Part shown: positions 38,924 through 49,088 of the stretch, in pieces
Layout of the letters: the number at the start of each line of letters is the position of its first letter
Position numbering within the stretch: the stretch's first letter is position 1
From: Clostridia bacterium
GTDB lineage: Bacteria; CBDUZB01; JAGLHV01
DNA length: 49,088 nt
Reading direction: 5' to 3'
Assembly: GCA_030595925.1 (NCBI GenBank)
Contig: JAUVLC010000003.1
Coordinates: 1 to 49,088, forward strand
Translations under genes and position numbers: made by a program
The notes under the pieces: generated by a model
What the model saw: the letters and a program-made list of their open reading frames with translations, nothing else
Database searches by the model: none
Told to the model about the DNA's origin: nothing

Positions 38924-39952
38924 ATGGAAAAAGATTTAGCTGTTATTGTTCTTGCCGCCGGAAAAGGTACACGGATGAAATCAGATTTGCCCAAGGTTTT
39001 ACATCGATTGTGCGGCAGATTGATGATTGGGTATGTTTTGCAAACGATTCACAAATTAGGAAGCGGGAAATTTTTTTTAATCGTGGGGCATAAAAAAGAA
39101 CAGGTTGAAAGAAAAATTAAAGAGGAGTTTCCCTATCTTTATAATGAATTTAGTTTTGTATTTCAAAAAGAACTTTTAGGTTCAGGGCACGCAGTACTTC
39201 AAACAGAAAAAAACCTTAAAAATTTTAAAGGTTGTGTTTTAATAATAAGTGGGGATGTCCCGTTAATTGAGAAAGAAACTTTGGTAAAGTTAGTTAAACA
39301 GCATAAAAAGGAAAAAAATGTTGCGACTATTCTTACTACTCAGATAGAAAACCCATTTTCTTATGGGAGAATAATTCGTAGTAGAAATAATAAAGTGGAA
39401 GGAATTGTAGAAGAAAAAGACGCGTCTTTCAGCCAAAAAACGATAAAAGAAATAAATAGTGGAATTTATTGTTTTTCGGCCAGGCTTCTCTTTGAGTCTT
39501 TGCCTTTAGTGCGTTGTGCTAATAAAAAAGGGGAATATTATCTTACGGATGTAATAAGAATATTAAAAGAAAAAGGAAATAAAATCGGGGCTTGTAAAAT
39601 AGAGGATGGAGGACAGGTTATAGGTATTAACGATAGAATAAATTTAGCTTGTGCCGAACAGATGATACAACAAAAAATCCTGAAAAAATTAATGTTAAAA
39701 GGTGTAACTATTATTAATCCGCAGGAAACTTATATTGATGATTCGGTAAAGATTGGAAAAGATACGATTGTTTTTCCTGGTGTAAATATTCAGGGAAATA
39801 CACGAATCGGGGAAAATTGTTATATAGGACCTTGTACAATAATAAAAGATTCTTGTTTGGGAAATGGGGTTAAGGTTCAAATTAGTGTTTTAGAGAAAAC
39901 TAAAATTTCTTCTAAAACCAGCGTAGTCCCTTTTTCTTACATACAAGGTTAA
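38924..39952 (+). CDS. glmU: GlmU-like UDP-GlcNAc pyrophosphorylase, short form (342 aa)
   Basis: LAAGKGTRMKS..PKVLH, GDVP, YGRIIR, EINSGIY, EYYLTD; only a few hexapeptide repeats; upstream of prs. Confidence 0.85.
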   Translation: MEKDLAVIVLAAGKGTRMKSDLPKVLHRLCGRLMIGYVLQTIHKLGSGKFFLIVGHKKEQVERKIKEEFPYLYNEFSFVFQKELLGSGHAVLQTEKNLKNFKGCVLIISGDVPLIEKETLVKLVKQHKKEKNVATILTTQIENPFSYGRIIRSRNNKVEGIVEEKDASFSQKTIKEINSGIYCFSARLLFESLPLVRCANKKGEYYLTDVIRILKEKGNKIGACKIEDGGQVIGINDRINLACAEQMIQQKILKKLMLKGVTIINPQETYIDDSVKIGKDTIVFPGVNIQGNTRIGENCYIGPCTIIKDSCLGNGVKVQISVLEKTKISSKTSVVPFSYIQG

Positions 39953-40075
39953 TTTTAAACAATAATAATCAATAGGTATTGAGTGAGATGAGAAGGCCGG
40001 TAGGAGCAGTGAAGAATAAAAGAAAAAGCTATTCATAGTTATTATAAATGAAAATGAGTTTTTTGAGGAGGATAA

Positions 40076-41011
40076 ATGAACGAATTAAAAGTTTTTAGCG
40101 GTAATGCTAATCTTAAACTTGCCCAGGATATATGTGATTATTTGTCTATTCCTTTAGGACAGGCACAAGTGACTAAATTTGCCGATGGTGAGATTAATGT
40201 TCAGATAAATGAGAATATCAGAGGGACGGATTGTTTTCTTATTCAACCTACGTGTCCTCCGGTAAATGACAATTTGATGGAACTTTTGATTATGATTGAT
40301 GCTCTTTCCCGTGCTTCGGCACGGAGAATTACAGCTGTATTACCTTATTATGGATATGGACGGCAGGATAGAAAAGTAGAGCCTCGTGTACCCATTACTG
40401 CAAAATTAGTAGCTAATTTAATTACTTCTTCAGGGGTAAGCCGTTTGCTGATGTTGGATTTACATGCAGGACAAATTCAGGGATTTTTTGATATTCCTGT
40501 GGATCATTTGTATTCTACACCTGTTCTGGTTAAGTATTTTAAGAAAAAAAATATTTCTGATGTAGTTGTTGTGTCTCCTGATGCGGGTGGAGTGGAGAGA
40601 GCACGGGCTTTTGCTAAAAGATTAAATGCGGATTTGGCTGTTGGAGATAAAAGGAGGTCAGGTCCCAATCGAGTTGATACAATGAATATTATAGGAAATG
40701 TTGAAGGCAAAAATGCTATTATTTTTGATGATATGATAGATACTGCCGGTAGTTTGATTAAAGTTGTTGAAGCTTTGAAAAGAGAAAAGGTTTTAAATGT
40801 TTATGCAGCAGCAACCCATGCTGTTTTATCAGGACCGGCAATTGAAAGAATAAATGATTCGGCAATAAAAAAATTAATTGTTACCGATTCTATCGTTTTG
40901 GGTGAGGAAAAGAAAATAAGTAAAATAAAAGTTCTTTCTATTGCGGAATTATTAGGGGAGGCAATATCGCGTATTAATAAAGAAGAATCAGTAAGTACCT
41001 TGTTTATATGA
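40076..41011 (+). CDS. prs: Ribose-phosphate pyrophosphokinase
   Basis: [44 protein letters not shown]. Confidence 0.97.
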   Translation: MNELKVFSGNANLKLAQDICDYLSIPLGQAQVTKFADGEINVQINENIRGTDCFLIQPTCPPVNDNLMELLIMIDALSRASARRITAVLPYYGYGRQDRKVEPRVPITAKLVANLITSSGVSRLLMLDLHAGQIQGFFDIPVDHLYSTPVLVKYFKKKNISDVVVVSPDAGGVERARAFAKRLNADLAVGDKRRSGPNRVDTMNIIGNVEGKNAIIFDDMIDTAGSLIKVVEALKREKVLNVYAAATHAVLSGPAIERINDSAIKKLIVTDSIVLGEEKKISKIKVLSIAELLGEAISRINKEESVSTLFI

Positions 41012-41050
41012 GCTAAATAAAATAATTGTATAATTGATTAAGGAGGATAC

Positions 41051-41731
41051 ATGGATAAGAAAGTGTTTTTAGATGCAGAAAAAAGGCCGGAAATGACCAG
41101 AGGAGAAATAAAAGGGTTACGTTTACAGGGGAAATTACCGGCAGTGTTATATGGCAGTGGAGAAGAAACGATTTCTCTTATAATAAACGAGAAGGAATTC
41201 AGGAAAATTATGCATACGGAATTAGGGGAAAATATTGTTATTACTTTAAAAGTAAAGGGAGAGAATAATAAAACCCATTCGGTTATTGTGAAGGAATGGC
41301 AAATAGATTCGATAAAAAGGAATTTATTACATATTGATTTTTGTCAAATTTCTTTAAAAGAGGAAATTGTAGTAAATGTTATTATAGAAACAGAGGGTGA
41401 AGCCCCGGGGGTGAAGGAAAAAGGCGGAGTTCTGGAACATATCTTAAGAGAGTTGGAAATTAAGTGTTTACCTGCCCGGATTCCTCATTCTATTATGGTT
41501 GATATCTCTAATCTTCAGATAGGTGAAAATATTTCAGTAAAAGATATAGTTGTTCCTGAAGGGCTAAAAATATTAAATGATTCGGAACAAATTGTTATAA
41601 ATATAGTAGCCCCGAGTATCCTTGAAGAGAAACCGGAAGAAGCTATAGCCGGGGAAACTGCAGAGCCGGAAGTGATCAGTAAGGGTAAGAAAGAAGAAGA
41701 AGATGGTGAGAGTGTTAAAAAAAAGGAGTAA
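41051..41731 (+). CDS. rplY: 50S ribosomal protein L25/Ctc
   Basis: LPAVLYG, HIDF, GVKEKGG, acidic tail with EPEVI. Confidence 0.95.
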   Translation: MDKKVFLDAEKRPEMTRGEIKGLRLQGKLPAVLYGSGEETISLIINEKEFRKIMHTELGENIVITLKVKGENNKTHSVIVKEWQIDSIKRNLLHIDFCQISLKEEIVVNVIIETEGEAPGVKEKGGVLEHILRELEIKCLPARIPHSIMVDISNLQIGENISVKDIVVPEGLKILNDSEQIVINIVAPSILEEKPEEAIAGETAEPEVISKGKKEEEDGESVKKKE

Positions 41732-41738
41732 TGTTTAG

Positions 41739-42317
41739 GTGAAATTAGTTGTGGGGTTAGGAAATCCGGGACGAAAATACCAAAGAACGAGACATAATCT
41801 TGGGTTTTTAGTTGTAGAGACTTTAGCTGAAAAATTTGAAATAAAATTAAAAAAAATTAAATGTGATTCATTGTGTGGAGAAGGATGGATAGATGAAGCT
41901 GTTATTTTAGTTGAGCCAATGACTTTTATGAATTTAAGCGGTAAATCAGTAAGTAAGTTGATAAGAAAATATAAAGTTAATTTGAGAGATATGATAGTCA
42001 TTTATGATGATTTAAATTTGGATTTAGGGGTTTTGAAAATAAAAAAAAATGGTTCAAGCGGTGGACATAACGGATTAAAATCAATCATTGAGCAATTGCA
42101 GTCTAATTGTTTTCCTAGAATACGTTTGGGAATAGGAAGGCCGGATGAAATGGTAGATTTGACACGATATGTCCTTTCTACTTTTAAAAGGGAAGAGCAT
42201 GAAAAAGTAGAAGAAATGGTTTCAAAAAGTGTCGAAGCCGTTAAACTGATTTTTAAGGATGGAATAGATATGGCAATGACTGTTTATAATAAGAAAAATA
42301 ATCAGAGAAAAAGTTAA
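41739..42317 (+). CDS. pth: Peptidyl-tRNA hydrolase
   Basis: VGLGNPG..Y..TRHNLGF, TFMNLSG, GGHNGLKS, RIRLGIGRP. Confidence 0.97.
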   Translation: MKLVVGLGNPGRKYQRTRHNLGFLVVETLAEKFEIKLKKIKCDSLCGEGWIDEAVILVEPMTFMNLSGKSVSKLIRKYKVNLRDMIVIYDDLNLDLGVLKIKKNGSSGGHNGLKSIIEQLQSNCFPRIRLGIGRPDEMVDLTRYVLSTFKREEHEKVEEMVSKSVEAVKLIFKDGIDMAMTVYNKKNNQRKS

Positions 42318-42328
42318 GAAACTATAGA

Positions 42329-43801
42329 ATGAGGAAAAAATATTTAATAATATTATTATCTATAATATGTATAGGAAGTTTTTTAAGAATTTATAAATTA
42401 GGGAATCAAAGTTTTTGGATTGATGAAGCAACAGCAATTCAAAAGTCAAGAGAACTTCCTTCTTTAGATAATCTTGAATCCTGGGCAATACACTGGATGT
42501 CTCCCCCTTTTTATAATTTACAACTTCATTTTTGGATGCTTTTGTTCGGAGAAAATGAATTTGCTGTAAGGTCTTTGTCAGTTGTTTTTGGAATATTAAC
42601 AATTCTGCTTGTTTACATTGTAGGAGTGGATTTGTTTAATAAAAAAACAGCTTTGTTTAGTGCATTGGTTATGGCTATTTCTCCGTTTCATATTGGTTTT
42701 TGCCAGGATGTAAAAATGTATTCTTTGTTATCTTTTTTAGGCTTGCTTTCTGTTTATCTTTGTTACAAAACGCTTTTTAGTAAAAAAAGATTTTACTGGT
42801 TAGTTTATTTTTTTGTTACTGTGTTAATACTTTATACTCACAATTGGGGGCTTTTTTTGCTTGTTTCCGAGATTGTGTTTTTCTTTTTGGTGAGGAAGCA
42901 TACAACTAATAGTAAGAAATACTTATTAAGCCAGTTATTTATTGGTTTATGTTATTTACCATGGTTACCGATTCTATTTAAACAAATTATGAATTCAAAA
43001 TCTTATGTTTTCCTTCCCCTGAGTGGAATTTACGATATTTTGGTGTTATTAGCGGTATATTGTGGAAGAGTTATTCAGTTGGGAGAAAGTCTTTATGATG
43101 TAGGGTCGTTTCCGTCTGTTATGGGGGTTAGTTTATACGGGTTGCTATTTTTTTTAGGATTGTCAGTAGGCGGACAAAAACAAATTAGTAAGTATTATTT
43201 TTGGAAACAAAAAGAAACTTTGTTGCTGGTGAGTTGTTTTCTTTTAACCTTGAGTGTTCCTTTTTTAATCAGCTTTAAATTTCCTCTGTTTTGTATAAGA
43301 TATACCATTATAGTTTTTCCATTGTTCTGTCTTCTTGTTGGAAAAGGTTTATATAGAATTAATTTTTTTAAAGGACAGATTTTAGTAATTTTAATATTAT
43401 TATTTATTTCGTCGTTTACTTTACATAAATATTATTGCTGCTTTAATAAATCTTATGATAGACAGTTGACTAATTATGTCGTGCAAAATTTAGATGAAAA
43501 TGATTTCATAGTAATTGCACCAAATTGGATTGGCGGAACTTTTGAGCATTATTATTATAAAAATTGTGTTGGGGACGAAGTCAAAATAGAAAAAATAATA
43601 AATCCATCCCGTTTAAAAGCAATAGTTCTTGTTGAAAAAATAAAAAACACTAAAAGGCTTAACAAAATAGTCCTTTTGTATTCAGATAAAATTCCTAAGA
43701 CCGAACTTAAAGAATTCAAAAAATATTTAGATAATAACCTTTGTTTATTTAGTGAAATAGATTTCAGAAATAAGAAAGTGATTTTTTATAAAGTTAAATA
43801 A
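42329..43801 (+). CDS. GT-C fold (family 39/83-like) membrane glycosyltransferase
   Basis: SFWIDEA, PPFY, R.LSV.FG, ISPFHI, many TM helices. Confidence 0.85.
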   Translation: MRKKYLIILLSIICIGSFLRIYKLGNQSFWIDEATAIQKSRELPSLDNLESWAIHWMSPPFYNLQLHFWMLLFGENEFAVRSLSVVFGILTILLVYIVGVDLFNKKTALFSALVMAISPFHIGFCQDVKMYSLLSFLGLLSVYLCYKTLFSKKRFYWLVYFFVTVLILYTHNWGLFLLVSEIVFFFLVRKHTTNSKKYLLSQLFIGLCYLPWLPILFKQIMNSKSYVFLPLSGIYDILVLLAVYCGRVIQLGESLYDVGSFPSVMGVSLYGLLFFLGLSVGGQKQISKYYFWKQKETLLLVSCFLLTLSVPFLISFKFPLFCIRYTIIVFPLFCLLVGKGLYRINFFKGQILVILILLFISSFTLHKYYCCFNKSYDRQLTNYVVQNLDENDFIVIAPNWIGGTFEHYYYKNCVGDEVKIEKIINPSRLKAIVLVEKIKNTKRLNKIVLLYSDKIPKTELKEFKKYLDNNLCLFSEIDFRNKKVIFYKVK

Positions 43802-43920
43802 AAAAAAGGGAAATTCTTTTTGAGAACAATTAGAATAAAAACATTATAATTTTGCAGGCAGAAAAATAGATTTTTCAGGTAAATAGAATGTATATTTAAT
43901 GCAGGTAGTGGGGATAATTT

Positions 43921-44892
43921 ATGTTTTCTTATTTTATTCGCAGGATGTTCTTAATGATACCTTTAATAATAGGAATTAGTTTGATAAGTTTTATTATTTT
44001 GCATCTTGCCCCGGGTAGTCCGGTTGATTCGGTAGCTGGTATGAATATTGAGGTTTCTGCGGATAGCAAGTCGCGGTTGTGTAGTTTATATGGGTTAGAT
44101 AAACCATGGTATATTCAATATTATAATTGGCTAAAGAGGATAATTTTTTTGGATTTTGGAGATTCCTTTAAGGATGGTAGAAAAGTAAGGACAAAGATAT
44201 TAGAACGTTTGCCGGCTACGTTGTTGTTAAATGTTCTTTCCTTGTTTCTTATATTTCTTATTGCCTTACCCATCGGTATTAAATCAGCAGTAAAGCAAGG
44301 TTCTTTTTTTGATAAAGGGATGACTGTTTTTACTTTTGTAGGCTTTTCAATTCCTACTTTTTGGCTGGCATTATTACTTATGATATTGTTTGGAGTAAAG
44401 TTGGGATGGCTGCCTATTTCAGGGATGCATTCTTTAAACTATGAAAATTTTTCTTTTTTAGGAAAACTATGGGATTTAGTTAAACATTTAATATTGCCTG
44501 TTTTTTGTTCGGCTTTTGGTGGATTGGCTTATTTGTCCCGTTATTCCCGTTATACAATGTTAGAAGTAATCAGGCAAAATTATATAAGGACAGCAAGAGC
44601 TAAAGGATTGCCGGAAAAGGATGTTATTTATAGGCATGCTCTTCGTAATGCCCTTATTCCCATAGTTACTTTGTTAGGATTGTCCCTGCCGGGGTTGATT
44701 AGCGGTGGGTTCATTTTTGAGACTATTTTTGCCTGGCCGGGCATGGGTAGATTGGGATATTTAGCAATTATGTCTTATGATTATCCTTTGATTATGGGGG
44801 TAGGGATTATTGCGGCTTTTTTAACACTGGCAGGTAATTTAATTGCGGATTTTATTTATCTTTGTATTGATCCGAGAGTGAAGTATAAATAA
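43921..44892 (+). CDS. Peptide ABC transporter permease (OppB/DppB type)
   Basis: [35 protein letters not shown]. Confidence 0.95.
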   Translation: MFSYFIRRMFLMIPLIIGISLISFIILHLAPGSPVDSVAGMNIEVSADSKSRLCSLYGLDKPWYIQYYNWLKRIIFLDFGDSFKDGRKVRTKILERLPATLLLNVLSLFLIFLIALPIGIKSAVKQGSFFDKGMTVFTFVGFSIPTFWLALLLMILFGVKLGWLPISGMHSLNYENFSFLGKLWDLVKHLILPVFCSAFGGLAYLSRYSRYTMLEVIRQNYIRTARAKGLPEKDVIYRHALRNALIPIVTLLGLSLPGLISGGFIFETIFAWPGMGRLGYLAIMSYDYPLIMGVGIIAAFLTLAGNLIADFIYLCIDPRVKYK

Positions 44893-44917
44893 TGTGTAGA
44901 GCTAAAAATGTTGGGAG

Positions 44918-45766
44918 ATGAAAATGTTCAAAGTTTTTTGGGAAAGATTTAAACACAATAAATTGGCTCTTTCAGGTTTGATAGTTATTTTGGTTTTAAC
45001 TATTCAGGCCTGTTTTGCTCCTTTTATTGCTCCTTATAATCCGACTGAGCAAAATATTGCCAATCGCTTATCTCCTCCTTCGGGGAAACATTTCCTGGGT
45101 ACAGATGAATTAGGAAGAGATGTTTTTTCCCGTATTGTTTATGGCACTAGAATTTCTTTATCCGTAGGGTTTGTTGCTGTGGGGGTAGCTGTTTTGATTG
45201 GAACGTTATTGGGGCTCTGGGCGGGATTTTTCGGGGGTTGGGTTGATAATTTAATTATGCGTTTAGTAGATATAATGCTTTGTTTCCCTACATTTTTTTT
45301 AATTTTAATGGTAATTGCATTTTTATCGCCTAATATATTTAATATAATGTTAGTTATAGGTTTAACTTCCTGGTCGGGATTAACGAGGCTGATAAGGGGG
45401 GAATGTTTATCTATGAGAGAGAGGGAATTTATTCAGGCAGCAAGATTAGCGGGGCTGAAAAATAACCGTATTATTTTTGTTCATCTTCTTCCCAATGTGT
45501 TTACGCCCATACTTGTTTTTGCAACTTTAGGGATAGGCAGTGCTATACTTACCGAATCTGCTTTATCTTTTTTAGGATTGGGAGTACAACCGCCCACCCC
45601 TAGCTGGGGGAATATATTAACTGCCGGAAAAGATTATATTCATACCGCCTGGTGGCTTTCTTTTTTTCCGGGATTGGCTATTTTGATAACAGTCCTGGCG
45701 TATAATCTTTTAGGAGAAGGATTGCGGGACATATTAGATCCTAAAATGGGTGATAAAAATGGCTGA
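44918..45766 (+). CDS. Peptide ABC transporter permease (OppC/DppC type)
   Basis: HFLGTDELGRDVFSR, LSFLGLGVQPPTPSWG, GEGLRDILDP. Confidence 0.95.
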   Translation: MKMFKVFWERFKHNKLALSGLIVILVLTIQACFAPFIAPYNPTEQNIANRLSPPSGKHFLGTDELGRDVFSRIVYGTRISLSVGFVAVGVAVLIGTLLGLWAGFFGGWVDNLIMRLVDIMLCFPTFFLILMVIAFLSPNIFNIMLVIGLTSWSGLTRLIRGECLSMREREFIQAARLAGLKNNRIIFVHLLPNVFTPILVFATLGIGSAILTESALSFLGLGVQPPTPSWGNILTAGKDYIHTAWWLSFFPGLAILITVLAYNLLGEGLRDILDPKMGDKNG

Positions 45767-46787
45767 TATATTAGAAATAAAACACCTTTTTGTAGAATAT
45801 TATAAGAGAAAAAAAGTTGTTTCTGCGCTAAGAGATGTTTGTTTAAATTTAAAGCAACAGGAAATACTGGGTGTTGTGGGAGAATCCGGGTGTGGAAAAA
45901 GTACTCTTGCTTTATCAATATTAAAACTTATTTTACCCACGGAAGGAAAGATAACGAAAGGCGAAATAATTTTTAAAGGGTATGAATTATGGGAGGAAGA
46001 TTATTTAGGAGATAAAAATATCATTAGTATGGGGGATGATTCTCTTCGGAAAATTAGAGGAGGGGAAATCGGGATGATTTTTCAAGACCCATTTACCTCA
46101 TTTAATCCTGTTTTTACTATTGGAGAGCAAATTTATGAATCTCTCGTGCTTCATCGGGTAGGGAAAGATTTAAATACTTATTCAGCAATACACAAAGAAG
46201 CAATAAACTCTCTTAAACGGGTAATGATTGCTTCTCCCCAACAGGTAATGAATTCGTATCCACATCAGTTAAGCGGAGGAATGCTGCAAAGGGCAATGAT
46301 TGCTATGGCTATATCCTGCCGGCCTAAGGTTTTGATTGCTGATGAGCCTACTACTGCTTTAGATGTAACCCTGCAAAAAGAAATATTGGATTTATTAAAA
46401 AAGTTACAGCAGGAATTATCAATGTCTTTAATTTTAATTACCCATAATCTGGCTATTGTCGCAGAAATTTGTACGCGGATAGTAGTAATATATGCCGGAG
46501 AAATTATTGAAGAAGCCGGTTCAGAAGAAATTTTTTGCAGGCCCCGGCACCCATATACGATAAGATTATTAGGATCATTACCTTATTTAAAACCGGAAGG
46601 AAAGAGATTAGTTGTTATCCCGGGCACTATTCCGGATTTAATTGATTTGCCTGTTGGATGTAAATTTTATCCCCGTTGTGATGAAGCATCGGATACTTGT
46701 TTACAGAAAATAAATATGAAAGAAGTAAATAAAGGACACTTTGTAAGATGTTGTCGGGTTAAGGAAGAAATTGATGGGTTGTACTGA
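45759..46787 (+). CDS. Peptide ABC transporter ATPase (OppD/DppD type)
   Basis: GESGCGKST, YPHQLSGG, ADEPTTALD, HPYT, Cys-rich tail. Confidence 0.95.
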   Translation: MADILEIKHLFVEYYKRKKVVSALRDVCLNLKQQEILGVVGESGCGKSTLALSILKLILPTEGKITKGEIIFKGYELWEEDYLGDKNIISMGDDSLRKIRGGEIGMIFQDPFTSFNPVFTIGEQIYESLVLHRVGKDLNTYSAIHKEAINSLKRVMIASPQQVMNSYPHQLSGGMLQRAMIAMAISCRPKVLIADEPTTALDVTLQKEILDLLKKLQQELSMSLILITHNLAIVAEICTRIVVIYAGEIIEEAGSEEIFCRPRHPYTIRLLGSLPYLKPEGKRLVVIPGTIPDLIDLPVGCKFYPRCDEASDTCLQKINMKEVNKGHFVRCCRVKEEIDGLY

Positions 46788-46809
46788 AAAATAAAAAGGG
46801 AAAATAATT

Positions 46810-47613
46810 ATGGAAGATTTATTAGAAATCAAGGATTTAAAAAAATATTTTTTTTTAAAGAAAGGATTGTTCAGTTTTAATAAAGAAACAATTAAGGCAG
46901 TGGACAATATTTCTTTTAGTATTAAAAAAGGGGAAATTTTAGGTCTGGTAGGAGAATCCGGTTCCGGGAAAAGCACAATTGCTAAATTAATTGTTAGATT
47001 GATTTATCCCCAGGAGGGAAAAATTTTTTTTAAAAAAGAAGAAATCGGAAAATTTTCCAGAGAAAAATTGTCTAAAAATGTACAAATGATTTTTCAGGAT
47101 CCATTTGCTTCTTTAAATCCAAAACTTTCAATAGGAACAATTATAGGAGAAGTCGTTAGAGTAAGAAATAAAATTTCAGGTGAAATTTGTTCGAAGGGGG
47201 AAGTTCGTGAAGAAATAAAAAGGATTTTGGCTACCGTAGGGTTACCGATAAACATTCTAAGTGATTACCCCCATCAATTTAGTGGAGGACAGCGACAAAG
47301 AATTGGTATTGCCAGAGCTTTGGCTATGCGTCCAAGATTAATTATTGCTGATGAACCGGTATCTTCTCTGGATATTTCCATTCAGGCTCAAATTATAAAT
47401 TTACTGCTGGATTTGAAAGAAGAATTTAACCTTTCTTTTCTTTTTATTGCTCATGATTTAAACTTGGTAAAATATCTATCTCAGCGAATGTTAGTAATGT
47501 ATAAAGGAAAGATTGTAGAAGAAGGTTTAAGTGAAGAAATTTATCGAAATCCCCAAAATTTGTATACCCAACAACTTATAGAATCTATTCCAAAAATTAA
47601 ATATTGGTTGTAG
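46810..47613 (+). CDS. Peptide ABC transporter ATPase (OppF/DppF type)
   Basis: GESGSGKST, YPHQFSGGQRQRI, DEPVSSLD. Confidence 0.95.
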   Translation: MEDLLEIKDLKKYFFLKKGLFSFNKETIKAVDNISFSIKKGEILGLVGESGSGKSTIAKLIVRLIYPQEGKIFFKKEEIGKFSREKLSKNVQMIFQDPFASLNPKLSIGTIIGEVVRVRNKISGEICSKGEVREEIKRILATVGLPINILSDYPHQFSGGQRQRIGIARALAMRPRLIIADEPVSSLDISIQAQIINLLLDLKEEFNLSFLFIAHDLNLVKYLSQRMLVMYKGKIVEEGLSEEIYRNPQNLYTQQLIESIPKIKYWL

Positions 47614-47645
47614 GTTAGAGAAAAGGAAATTTAAAGGAGAAAAAA

Positions 47646-49088
47646 ATGGATCTTTACCAATTGTTAGAAGAAAAAGCTTTGTTATATCCTCGGCGCAAGG
47701 CTATTATTTTTAACCGGGAAAAGATTAGTTATAGGGAGTTAAAAGAGAAAATAGATTCTTTTGCCCGATTTCTTTTCTGGGAAAAAGAAATAAAGCGGGG
47801 AGACAAAGTAGCGTTACTTTTGAAAAATTCTTCTTCGTTTATAATTGTTTATTTTGCTATTTTGAAAATAGGGGCAGTGGTTGTTCCGTTAAATATTTTT
47901 TTGCGTGCAGAAGAATTGGTTTATATCCTTAATGATTCCAGAGCAATATTTTTAATCAGTGAAAGGGAAGGGTTTGGCCCGTTACTGGAAAAAATCAAAT
48001 CCCAGGCTATTAATTTAAGAGGGTCATCTTTTATTGAAGATATTACACCGGGAGAAAATAAAACTTTACCGAAAGAGGGGATTTATTCGGAAGAAGCAGC
48101 AGCAATTCTTTATACTTCAGGGACTACCGGGCATCCTAAAGGGGTAGTATTAACCCATAATAATTTCATTGCTAATATTAATTCCTGTGTAAAAGCGGTG
48201 CCGGTCCAATGTAAAGATAATTTTTTATGTTTTCTGCCTATGTTTCATTCTTTTGCCTGGATGGTATGTGTTTTGGTCCCTTTTTCTGTAGGGGCAAGTA
48301 TAATCGTACTTTCCAGTGTTAGGCCAATAAAAAAGTTTTTCATTACAATTTTTAAAAAGAGAGTTACTGTTTTTGTTGGTATCCCGGCTTTATATAATCT
48401 TTTGGTGAAAATTCCTTTTTTTTCAATATTATCTTTTCTTATTCCGGTGCGGATATGTATTTCAGGGGCAGATTCTTTGTCCGATGAGGTATTAGCTAAA
48501 TTTGAAAAAAAATTCCGTCGTCCGTTATTAGAAGGATACGGACTTACTGAGGCGTCTCCCGTAGTTTCCTTTAATCCTTTGGAAAAACGTAAAACAGGTA
48601 CAGTGGGGCTGCCTTTACCGGGGATAAAAGTGAAAATAATTGATGATCAAGGGAATAATCTTCCTCCGGGAGAAAGCGGAGAACTTTTAGTGCAGGGGGG
48701 GAATGTAATGAAAGGGTATTATGATTTACCTACAGCCACAGAGGAAGTTATTGTTGACGGATGGTTATATACCGGCGATATGGCTTATAAGGATACGGAA
48801 GGATATATAAAGATAGTGGGGCGTAGGAAGGATTTAATTATTAACAAAGGATTAAATATTTATCCTCGCGAAATAGAATTAATCTTAGAATCTCATCCGG
48901 ATATTTTAGAAGCAGCAGTAGTGGGGGTGCGTATTAAAGCAAAAGGGGAGGTTCCTAAGGCATATATTGTTTTGAATAAGGGGACTGTTGTTAAAAAGAG
49001 TGAAATAATTAGGTATTGCCGCAAACGGTTGGCTAAATATAAAATACCTCATAAAATTGAATTTAGAGAGGGATTTTCTAAAACATCA
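47646..49088 (+). CDS. Long-chain-fatty-acid--CoA ligase, runs off the window end
   Basis: RBS aaggag; ILYTSGTTGHPKGV, EGYGLTEASP, GWLYTGD, GLNIYPREIE. Confidence 0.92.
   Translation, partial: MDLYQLLEEKALLYPRRKAIIFNREKISYRELKEKIDSFARFLFWEKEIKRGDKVALLLKNSSSFIIVYFAILKIGAVVVPLNIFLRAEELVYILNDSRAIFLISEREGFGPLLEKIKSQAINLRGSSFIEDITPGENKTLPKEGIYSEEAAAILYTSGTTGHPKGVVLTHNNFIANINSCVKAVPVQCKDNFLCFLPMFHSFAWMVCVLVPFSVGASIIVLSSVRPIKKFFITIFKKRVTVFVGIPALYNLLVKIPFFSILSFLIPVRICISGADSLSDEVLAKFEKKFRRPLLEGYGLTEASPVVSFNPLEKRKTGTVGLPLPGIKVKIIDDQGNNLPPGESGELLVQGGNVMKGYYDLPTATEEVIVDGWLYTGDMAYKDTEGYIKIVGRRKDLIINKGLNIYPREIELILESHPDILEAAVVGVRIKAKGEVPKAYIVLNKGTVVKKSEIIRYCRKRLAKYKIPHKIEFREGFSKTS

Noticed and set aside
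34284-47613. Separation of the peptide-binding gene from its permeases as a novel arrangement
   Set aside because: Split ABC loci are common, and nothing in the sequence shows these genes were once adjacent.

Overview
AT-rich bacterial chromosomal window, probably from a diderm (it encodes a TonB-dependent receptor). Almost all genes are on the + strand. Housekeeping blocks: ilvBN, cysK-nifS-nifU, ATP-type pfkA, a PilZ / histidine kinase / response regulator set, glmU-like-prs-rplY-pth, an Opp/Dpp peptide ABC system and an acyl-CoA ligase that runs off the end. Non-routine features: (1) two complete Val/Ile-rich leader-peptide plus terminator attenuators in tandem upstream of ilvB; (2) nested repeats at 7.0-7.2 and 9.9-12.1 kb, where TIR-bounded MITEs carry REP doublets and 22-25 bp micro-insertions sit in REP loops; (3) a defence/accessory island at about 14.2-29.1 kb with three toxin-antitoxin-like pairs, a SIR2-like gene, and a decaying integron cassette array with no integrase (putative Pc and attI, 5 attC sites, two RhuM cassettes, an MjaI-like fragment) interrupted by a SNF2-SWIM pair and bracketed by direct repeats ending in an IS end; (4) an MNT-HEPN pair and a radC stub cut by an ISL3-family element. 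No rRNA, tRNA or CRISPR array was seen. All protein assignments are from motif recognition, not database searches.
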